From Callorhinchus milii (lineage: Eukaryota): a DNA stretch of 64,000 bases. Positions within the stretch are counted from its first letter, which is position 1. Each line of letters starts with the position of its first letter. Of the stretch, positions 55,142-64,000 are shown in pieces. The DNA is taken from positions 64,792,001 through 64,856,000 of the forward strand of contig NW_024704743.1 in assembly GCF_018977255.1 (NCBI RefSeq), read 5' to 3'. The translations under genes were made by a program, and so were the position numbers. The notes below the pieces were generated by a model, which saw only the letters and a list, made by a program, of their open reading frames with translations, ran no database searches and was not told where the DNA came from.

Positions 55142-57819
55142 AATGATACGACCAAGCAAATTTAGAGCACGACATATGAATGATCATTCCAGAAACTGCA
55201 CCACTTGTACCCAGGAGGGTGAAGAGACAAAGTGTTAAACGCTTCTCATCTGAATATGAAATAGGATTGAAAAGCCTTCACAAAAGAAGTAAAGAATACC
55301 CTGGAGGTAAAAGTGAACAAAATAAACCTCTTACTTCAAAGCACACATACATCTTGGTTAGAGTATGCTTTCAGTTGTATTTTAAATAGTTCTCTTTAAT
55401 ACATTGCTGTATAATATTCATAACTACTATACATAGCCAATATTTCAAAACATTTTGCCCTGCTATGCAGTGTTTGCAATATCACAGGAGCGACAGGGAA
55501 CGAATAAGAAAATGTGAAAAGAACGCTATATAATTGGTGTCTTCATACTTTGAACATAATGTGTTATATTATTTTCACACATTTACAGAGTGTTACGTTG
55601 CACAGAAATGTGACAGCCATTGTTTCTGAGGAGGAGGAGGTAAGGGATCCCAGCAGAGGACTCTCAAATTATAGGCTGGTAGTTTATTTAGATGAGTCCA
55701 CTGATTCCAGTCCCTTATCAGGATCAGTCCCCTCTAAATTATTTTTGTGGAGGCAATCTCCTCCCATACCTTGTTCCTGGTCACTGAGTGGATGTAGGAA
55801 GGTGAAACATTAAGGGCCAACAATGTAATTTCCTCTGAATTACTTAGTTAGTAATTGTTTGGGCTTCTTTTATAAAACAAGAAAATAAGGTTGGGAGCTA
55901 TTTGCCCTGTATTTTCCTCCCGTGCCACCGAACCTGATTTGTTTTGTATATATACCAATTACCTCACTAGTGGTCCACATGAGGCATTTAGCGCTCACTC
56001 TGCCTGTTCCCCATCAGTTGTTCTCCACCTCGGGGAGCGCAAGGCTGCTCAGCATAAACATGTGATATCTACCAGACCACATGATTTTATTTAAGGCCGT
56101 AACAACAGATATTTTGATAGTATCTCGTCACATGGAAACATTTTTACAAACTTTACAGTAAATACTATCCTGTCTAGTGATACTAACCTTTGGAACTCCC
56201 TTTCTTTTCAAGACCTGCATGAAAACCTACTTTTTCAACCAAACCTACGTTTACTTCCCCTGGCTATGCTTTCCTTTCCTAAGCATCCCAAGCAGTCTTT
56301 GTAAAGCGCTCTGAGACGTTATCCTGTATGAAGGGGGCTATATAAGTGCAAGTTGTTGTTTTTCTAGGCAAATACTGCAGCTTTTTTTTCTGTACAGCAA
56401 GGTCCCAAAAATAGTCAAGTGGTAAATGATCAATTTATCCAGAGGATAGTTGGCTGACGCAAAAAGAAACTCCCTTCTCCTTTCAAATAGCGTCATGGGA
56501 TCTTTAATGTCCACCCCCCACACTACACTGGAGTATTTGCTTCGACTGAATGTATGAAAATAGTTCTGATGATCTTTTAGGAGGTAAAATTCCTCTTACC
56601 ATTCTGTGTAATGACTTTGACAGCGTACTATTATCATGGCTTTTTCCCATCAATTCATCAATGTCTCCACACACAGTAGCTAGAATTCTCATCTTCAAAG
56701 CCTGTATGTCAGCATTCATTTTGTTGTGTAAAGCCCCACCTTGTGGCAAACGGCTAACACTGTAAACCCATTCCATGCTTTCTTCCTTACAAGATCATGC
56801 AGATATAACATTTTCACCATCAGCATACTTGACCTTTGCTGACACAGAGTATTATAGAATTTTACCCTTCTCGATCTCAGGATAATATTGATAACGATAT
56901 TTGGTTTTGGTCAGCTGAGTGTCTGACACACACAGAAACGCATCAAACTCTACTAAGAGTTCCACACATATTTGTTTGTCTGGAATGAAATACACACAAT
57001 TTCCCCAGAGGAATGCACCTTGCTTCCCAGAAAGTATTAACTGCAGGTTGGCAAAATCCAGGACTTGGGGGCTCCAGAATTTGCATTAGAGTATATCTGA
57101 AATTTAACCAGCTAAGATCATATAGCTTGCCACTGAGAGCAATGTCTGGCAAGCTATCCTACTGCTTGTCCAACTAGGATTGCTCTACCCATTAGGATTT
57201 TGATTTGCAGGATAAACAGGAGCTGAGTGGGAAGAATCCCTGTACCCAGCAACTAGTCTGCTACACCAAGTTCTCCCGACAAACCTGTCTGGTCTGCAAT
57301 AATAGTAAAAATAAATATTGTTCATGTAACTCTTTTCTATTTAATATTTTAATTACGACACAAGTGAAGCACTTGTGAACCATCAAGTAAACTCTTCGTG
57401 GGGGATTTTTTAGGGCCTTATTTCTGAATGTTTAGACGCCCAAAAACCAGCCTGTGCACCCAATGATGGCAACATTTATCCTATAAACAATGAGTAGCAA
57501 CACTCCCACCACAGAAGCCTGTCAATGTGTATTCTCTAACACATTGTCAATTCAATTCATTCTTCGGGTCCTTGCAGTTTGAGTTAGTCATGTACAAATG
57601 TCTAGGACAGTGTATCTACAACTAGATCATATCTATTTTCCTTTTGAAATGTTTTTGCAAAGTTTTGAATCCCTCACTCCGAAACACTTCCAGATCTCCC
57701 AAGATGTTACTCTGAGTTAAATCTCCTGTTGCTTCTTCATATAAGGAGATTGACACAATAGAGTCAAAGTTGGCTTGGCTACATGCTGTACATGCCCAGA
57801 TGTTTTACAATAATATATA

Positions 57820-58194
57820 ATAATAATCCTTGCATTTTGATGTAGCGCCTTATCACAGCATTGAGGTGACTCAAAGCACTTCACAGAATATACTGTAAAG
57901 TGTATTATCTGTGTATTTTGTGGGTGAAACGCGGCAGCTAATTGTGCACAGCAGTGTCACACAAACAATCATGGACTGAGTGACCAAATTATTATTTTTA
58001 TTTATTTATTTTTGAAGGGATTATTAGCCCTGAAAAAGCAATTCACCAATCGACTAACAACCAGGTTCCTACTTACAGCTAGGTAACCAGGCGTGCGGAG
58101 TAAGAAAACCTGCCCAACAATTTGCCCTGCCTGGGAATCAAACCCGGGTCCTCTCGCTTGCAAAGCAAGTGCTCTAACCACCGCAGGACTCCAT
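57820..58194 (-). mobile_element. Long-form tRNA-derived SINE
   Basis: Reverse complement carries the head, an extra central segment (gttacctagctgtaagtaggaacctggttgttagtcgattgg) and the (TTA)n tail. Confidence 0.88.
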
Positions 58195-58395
58195 TGGTCT
58201 TGAAATCATCGCAAAGTACCAGTGACATCAAGCTACTCCCGCACATGGATTACTATTAGAATTTTTTCATGATCACTTCTAGTCAAATAATGGTAGAGTG
58301 ATATGAAATGTCCACTATCTTGACCTTGCCTTCATAAGCAATAAAGTAGAATTTATTTTATGTTGGCACTCCACCTGGTGGTAGGTGAGAATGCT

Positions 58396-58497
58396 TAAAT
58401 AAAAACAGAAGTCGCTGGGATCACGCAGTACGTCAGGCAGCATCTATGGAGAGAGGAAAATGAGTTAACGTTTCAGGGCAATAACCTTTCGTCACAA
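58396..58497 (-). mobile_element. Short Penelope-like terminal fragment with 11-bp TSD and degenerate hammerhead core
   Basis: Flanked by gtgagaatgct at 58385-58395 and 58498-58508; minus strand reads tt-gTGACGA-aaggttattgccct-GAAAC-GTT-aact. Confidence 0.6.
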
Positions 58498-58934
58498 GTG
58501 AGAATGCTGTATTTCTCCCAATGTACATAAAGGACTTGGACTGATATCCTCATGGACTTTTTTAATAGGATTGAACCAATACATATTCCAGTCAGCCCAG
58601 CTTAGGGCAAATCTTCAAACATATTTCACACGGTAAAAAGCTATCAAACATTTTGATATAAAAGCATAATATCAATATCATTTTTTTAAAGAAATGGTTG
58701 CACAAATTTAATCAGTTTTAATTTAACAACTTTTTTAAAAGTAGGCTTCGCTAAATCTTTAAAAGTTCACAGATAGAATAAATACGCAAGAATCGGATTT
58801 CAGGAAATTGTAAAAACAAAGGCACAAAACACAAATTCCGGACTGTCCAGTACCACGGGACGTCCTCTCGACATGAAAGGCGATATACAAATGTAATTTT
58901 GTATTGTGTTGTATCTTGGTGAAACAATTTTAGA

Positions 58935-59300
58935 AATGGAAAGAAAAACTGTCAATGCTGGAAATCTGAAATTAACAGAAATGCTGACAAAGTTAAACAT
59001 CGAAAAAGAGAAAGATAAGTTAATGTTTCAGACACAGCCCTTAAAATAGGCACAAAATAGTTTTGCTTTCTATTTCCACGATTGTTTCATCAAAGTGTGT
59101 TTGTGTATTTATTTATAAATTTCGGAAATCTAAAAGCCCTTAGAATGCTAAGGAAAAACATTAAGTTCTCTTTCAAATGTGCGAGTGGGAGGGAGAGTTG
59201 AAGTGGCGCAACTGGAAGCTCAGGGTTGTGCTTGCGGACAGAACGGAGATGTTCGGCAAATCGGTCACCCAATCTGTTTGCTCTCTGGTGTATTACCACC
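58935..59300 (-). mobile_element. Penelope-like element remnants (terminal repeat and GIY-YIG endonuclease fragment)
   Basis: ORF 59090-59302 contains RLGDRFAEHLRSVRKHNPELPVA, typical of the Penelope GIY-YIG region; 58935-59045 resembles 58396-58497. Confidence 0.7.
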
Positions 59301-59469
59301 AATGTAGTACCAGTAGAACCTCAATTATCCGGTCACTCAAGTGACTGGCAAAAGTGATCGGATTAGTGAAGTGGCCAGATTACTGAAACAGCATTACGTA
59401 GGATGAACATAGTGACCTTTAAAATTACATAGGTTGAACATTCAACAGCCATACTTTGCAATCTCACTA

Positions 59470-59918
59470 AACAACAACAAGGTTCCATTTATAGAGCGTC
59501 TTTCACGTCGGGAGGACGTCCCAAGGCGCTGGACAGTTGTGTCAGGACCCGAACAGGGGGAAATGGTCAGGGTGAGGGGAGGGAAGGGAGGGAGCGAGGA
59601 GGGGGAAGAGAGTCGAGAGGGGAGCTGAAGGCACGGTCAAAGAGAAAGGTCTTGAGACCGGCCTTGAAGGAGGAAAGGGAGGAGGCGGCGAAGGCACTGG
59701 GGGATGGAGTTCCAGAGCCTCGGGGCTGAGAGGCTGAAGGCCCGGCCACCGATGGTAGGGCGGTTGGGGCGGGGGATGTGGAGCAGACCGGAGCCAGAGG
59801 AACGGAGGGTACGGGCAGGTAGGTAGGGGGATAGTAGGTCAGAGAGGTAGGAGGGAGCGAGGCCGTGAATGGCCTTGTAGGTGAGGGTGAGGATCTTGAA
59901 TTCGATCCTCTGGGGGAT
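59470..59918 (-). mobile_element. Young L2 3' fragment, same subfamily
   Basis: ORF 59637-59957 IPQRIEFKILTLTYKAIHGLAPSYL matches the other copies; (AAC)n at the left end. Confidence 0.93.
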
Positions 59919-61216
59919 GTTCACAACATTTCCAACCACTGCCAGGCAAAAGAGCACTGGAAATTATCCACTGTGGCAAATCCCTAGCCTTTAATTAAAA
60001 CTATTATTCGGAGAGGGATGGAGTAATGAAATAGAAATACAATACTGGCCTCAAAACAAATCAATGGAAGACAATCTTATTGAAGCTAATTTGCCTTTAG
60101 GCTGTTTGATCCTCAATAAAAAACAGGAGCTGTCAATTATTCTCTAACTGGGCTAGAGAATCAACAGCTCTCAGACAGAATTCAGCAAAGAAAGAAAAAC
60201 TGAATTCCCATTAGAGCAATGGAAGGTCTTAAATGCGCCTATGGATATCATTAGCTGAAAGCTTTTCAGCATCACCTGAGGGGTGGAGAGCTGTGGTACA
60301 AGGCATTACTTTTCTCAACAGAACATTTATTTTTAGATTTTTAAGGGGGCACATGAGTAGAGTTTGAATTGAAAGTCATATTATTTTCCTTTACTTTTCA
60401 CGTCAGGTCACGGATTAAAATATTCTTGTTTCCCATATAGTATCCTCCAATCATTCAAGAAAAAATTTCAGACGAAAGGTTATACCCATCTCAAACTGAT
60501 GGAGTAATGTCTATTTAAAGGACAACTGTTGGATTTTCTTTTAAAACCCAAAATGCTCTTCTCAGGTACACAGATAATCATTACATTTTGATATATACAT
60601 TGATATACATCCAGAGGCCATCTTATGATAATAATAATCCTTAATTTTATATAGCACCTTTTGGATCAAGTGGACTCTCAAGTGCTTCATAGGATATAAT
60701 GTAAAGGTTTAGGCCAATTTGCCCACAGCAATGTTCCACAAACAGCTAGGAAGAGAATAATATTTTTTTTGTTGATCAAGTAGCCCTTAACCTTGGTTTG
60801 ATATCTCAACGGACGGACAGCCTGTCCATCAATGCTGTGAAGCCCCAGCACTATATTTGAGTGTCAACCTATATTGAGTTATAAACTCCCATTGGGGGCT
60901 TGAACCCACATCCCATCGACTCAGGTGTGAGAGTGCTACTCCCAGCTGACACACACACACACACATTAGTAAAATACTAATTTTTCAGGCAAGTAGAACA
61001 TTGGCGGTTGAAACCCTGCGATTTCAGATAAAAAGCTCAAGCAATCGTGATAAAATAAATTAATAAACCTAAACTATACATACAATAGCCTAAGATGCAA
61101 TTCTTCACCTTTTTACATAAAAGCTTTGCCCATTTGATGGGAATATTAAGGGCTTTTTCAACCTTATCAGGAAGAGAAAAGTTAAAACATGTTAAATTAG
61201 CTTTTTTATAGTCAAC

Positions 61217-61222
61217 TTTATT
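61217..61222 (-). terminator. Candidate polyadenylation signal of FIGNL1
   Basis: AATAAA on the minus strand about 100 nt after the FIGNL1 stop; motif only. Confidence 0.4.
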
Positions 61223-61322
61223 GCAATGGTAGGAACCGAAACATCAAACAGTACAAACAGATTTCTATTCGAGTTCTTTGTAAAACAATGTTAAATGCTC
61301 AAATATTCCCATTTTAAGTCAG

Positions 61323-63497
61323 TCATCGGCCACAGCCAAACATTTTATTCCATTCCTCATATAGTTCCAAGTCTTTTTGAGAAACACTTGGCCTCACATT
61401 TGCAAAAGCATTTTCAAAGTCTATATATTTAATAGGTCGTACTTGATCAGGTGTGATAGTGGAGATATCCGCTATCTGAATACTACGAATGGGTCCTAAA
61501 GCAGCCTCGCAACACAGCTGCGTCATGTCAGCACCTGAAAATCCTTCTGAATGTTGAATAATCAGTTCCAGTTCCTCTGGACTCAGAGGACAGTTTTCAC
61601 GGGACATTAACTTCACCACTATTTGCTGCCTTGCTGATCCTTCAGGCAAAGGTATGTATAGTCTTTTGACCAAGCGTCTGCGAGCTGCCTCATCTATTTC
61701 CTGGGGCCGATTTGTGGCTCCGACCACAAGTATCCGGTCATCTGCTGAAGTGCTGGCACCATCCAATTGGACCAAAAATTCAGTTTTAATTCTACGTGAA
61801 GAATCATGTTCCCCATCAACTCGCTGAGAAAGAAGAGAGTCAATCTCATCAATGAAGATGACCGCAGGCTGGTGACAGCGTGCTACAGCAAACATTGCAC
61901 GGACCATTTTTTCCCCTTCTCCAACCCACTTCGAAGTTAACGATGAAGCACTAATACTGAAAAAGGTAGCCCCTGACTGACACGCAATGCATTTACCAAT
62001 CAGAGTTTTACCAGTACCAGGAGGGCCAAACAACAGAATTCCTTTGGGAGGACCACGGAGTCCGGTAAATATATCCGGTCGAAGCATAGGCCAAACCACT
62101 ATCTCCTTAATAGTTGATTTGGCAAACTCCAACCCAGCAATATCATCCCAGTTCACAGGGGGTCCGTGGTCCATAATTTCACTCATAATAAGTTGAATCA
62201 TTTTGGGCTCAAGATTCTTCAAGCGTTCATCTACTGGGAGGGAGGTTTCATCAGAATTGTTCCCATAAAGCCCTGCAGACATTTGGCAATTTTCATCCCC
62301 ACTGTCCTGTTTTGATGCCGGGGAAACAAATTTGCCAAATAACCCCCGGGATCTTGCTGTGCCAAGTGACTTCTTTGTGCAATTATTCAATGCCATTGGA
62401 CGTTGATTCTGGTTGCCAAACTTTTTCTGCTGATCGATGTACAATTGCACCTTAGCAGTTTTAAAAGCAATTACACTGCCTTCATCAACAGCATGACCAT
62501 CATATTTTCCATTTCTGGATCCACCATCAAAATTCTTTTGGTAAGAATTAGCTATGTTTCGATTCTGAAAATGACCATAACTTGTGCTATTACATGACTC
62601 AGTACCTCCATCTCCAGAGCCATAGAACATTTTCCTCTTTGAGGAACTGAGAGGTGCAAGAAGAGATAAATGGTTGCCAAAAGGCACATTTTGTCCAGAA
62701 ACAGTTCCCGTTTGACCTGCATGAGCTGGAGCGTTAGCTGACATTGATGGACAATTTGCAGACACTTCATTAGAACCAAACTGATCACAATGAATATTTT
62801 TGGAGCTTGTCAATGAGAATGTACTTGAAGAGTCTAAAGTGTTGGTTTCATCTGCTCCAGGCTTAGTATCTAGTCGTTGGTGCACATTCTGCAGACAGTT
62901 TAAAGATGAAATAGTAAAGGTTTGGCATTTTCTATTGTCTGTAGCATATTTTTCACTAACATTTCTTAAAGCAACATCAGATAGCGAGGCAATTAAATGC
63001 GTATCTTTTGGAACGGAGTTTCCAGTATTACTGGAAGGTGTTGTTTTATGACAACCCGATATTTCTATTTGATTAGCTTTACCTATTACCATGGAAACAT
63101 CTTTTGCTGAAACTAGTGAGGCTGAGGCTTCACTGCTAGATTTAACCATGTCCTGCACACTTTTTAATTTGCTAATGCTACTGGCGGACAGTGAAGACTG
63201 CCACTGCTCACTCTCATTCTTCTGACATCTTGATAAGCTGAGAACACTGTCAGCATAATTGTTCAACCCAGTCTCCGCATTGTCAGAGTCAACAATGGCT
63301 GAATATTTTTCAGTGCATCTTCTAAATAAGCTGGCAGTGCAGTCCTGAGATATATCTGACTTTGCCAATGAGTACTGCAACTGCAAAATATGTCCCCGGT
63401 AAGCATCTGCTCTGTGTCGAGGTGTGCAGGTATTGGAGATGGTATTGAAGTAATGCTTCTGCCACTGGTTCAGGTTTAGCGTGTCAAAGGACTCCAT
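61323..63497 (-). CDS. FIGNL1: Fidgetin-like protein 1, AAA+ ATPase (724 aa from the first ATG); single coding exon
   Basis: Walker A GPPGTGKT, Walker B IFIDE, pore loop SKWVGE, SRH ATNRPQEIDEAARRR, Vps4-like C-terminus WNKMFGC, FKTA and FVSP motifs. The ORF track start at 63521 is a TTG upstream of a splice acceptor (ttctgcatag|G, exon begins 63508). The first ATG, at 63497, has good context (aaaATGG). Convergent with IKZF1 as in other vertebrates. Confidence 0.96.
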   Translation of the reverse strand: MESFDTLNLNQWQKHYFNTISNTCTPRHRADAYRGHILQLQYSLAKSDISQDCTASLFRRCTEKYSAIVDSDNAETGLNNYADSVLSLSRCQKNESEQWQSSLSASSISKLKSVQDMVKSSSEASASLVSAKDVSMVIGKANQIEISGCHKTTPSSNTGNSVPKDTHLIASLSDVALRNVSEKYATDNRKCQTFTISSLNCLQNVHQRLDTKPGADETNTLDSSSTFSLTSSKNIHCDQFGSNEVSANCPSMSANAPAHAGQTGTVSGQNVPFGNHLSLLAPLSSSKRKMFYGSGDGGTESCNSTSYGHFQNRNIANSYQKNFDGGSRNGKYDGHAVDEGSVIAFKTAKVQLYIDQQKKFGNQNQRPMALNNCTKKSLGTARSRGLFGKFVSPASKQDSGDENCQMSAGLYGNNSDETSLPVDERLKNLEPKMIQLIMSEIMDHGPPVNWDDIAGLEFAKSTIKEIVVWPMLRPDIFTGLRGPPKGILLFGPPGTGKTLIGKCIACQSGATFFSISASSLTSKWVGEGEKMVRAMFAVARCHQPAVIFIDEIDSLLSQRVDGEHDSSRRIKTEFLVQLDGASTSADDRILVVGATNRPQEIDEAARRRLVKRLYIPLPEGSARQQIVVKLMSRENCPLSPEELELIIQHSEGFSGADMTQLCCEAALGPIRSIQIADISTITPDQVRPIKYIDFENAFANVRPSVSQKDLELYEEWNKMFGCGR

Positions 63498-63812
63498 TTT
63501 TATCAAACCTATGCAGAACAAAGTTTAAATAAATACAGGATAGAATTCCACTAAAAAAATATAAGTAGTTCCCAATATTTTTACTTCAATTTTACTGTTT
63601 TTGCTTGTTCAGCCGAGTGGCTGACACATGCGGAAACCCTTCATTTGCATCATCAAGATTTGGGGGCCAAGAGTGTGTGTTGGAGCCTAACCAGCTGAAA
63701 CCACATTGATATTACTGTCTGGCAAACTTTCCCACTGCTTGTCCAGCGAGGACCACCCTAACCCATCAACAATGATGGGGAGAGCATCAGACACAAACCC
63801 ACCCCCAGCCCC

Positions 63813-64000
63813 AGTCCCTGACACACACACTGGTCACTGACACACACACTGGTCACAGATACACACTCCGGTCACTGACACACACACTGGTCACTGACAC
63901 ACACTCCGGTCACTGACACACACACTGGTCACTGACACACACACTGGTCACTGACACACACTCCGGTCACTGACACACACACTGGTCACTGACACACACA
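63813..64000. repeat. Minisatellite, about 19-nt unit ggtcactgacacacacact with a ccggt variant; runs off the window end, in the presumed FIGNL1 5' intron
   Basis: Directly visible tandem units. Confidence 0.95.

Noticed and set aside
59308..59400. Tc1/pogo (Tigger-like) terminal repeat cagtagaacctcaattatccgg
   Set aside because: No matching second TIR found, so not supportable as an element.
63498..63521. N-terminal extension MFCIGLIK of FIGNL1 in the ORF track
   Set aside because: Begins at a TTG and crosses a splice acceptor; the first ATG is at 63497.
63813..64000. CRISPR-like or functional array
   Set aside because: Units are directly adjacent with no unique spacers; an ordinary CA-rich minisatellite in vertebrate DNA.

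Overview
Eukaryotic (jawed-vertebrate) genomic DNA. It is most likely from a cartilaginous fish, judged from protein divergence and the L2/CR1/Deu-type SINE/Penelope repeat content; this taxon call is an inference. The window holds the 3' five coding exons of Ikaros (IKZF1, + strand, 24872-41464; zinc fingers 1-4 and the two C-terminal dimerisation fingers). I did not find its 5' exons, which presumably lie upstream, so 1-24871 is probably part of one large intron. Convergent with IKZF1 is the single coding exon of fidgetin-like 1 (FIGNL1, - strand, 61323-63497), the known vertebrate IKZF1-FIGNL1 synteny. The rest is intronic/intergenic DNA dense in retroposons: young and old L2 LINEs, CR1 fragments, a young tRNA-Ala-like SINE, Deu-domain SINEs, Penelope remnants, a deleted hAT transposon and an unclassified 5-copy retroposon. 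I found no convincing previously undescribed gene system. The most interesting signals are in the repeats: a Penelope-type minimal hammerhead remnant with a TSD, a co-varying 3' stem-loop shared by LINE and SINEs, an unclassified minus-strand retroposon family, and a fold-back duplication inside a SINE. Ikaros also shows a few lineage-specific features. Repeat boundaries were read by eye and are approximate.
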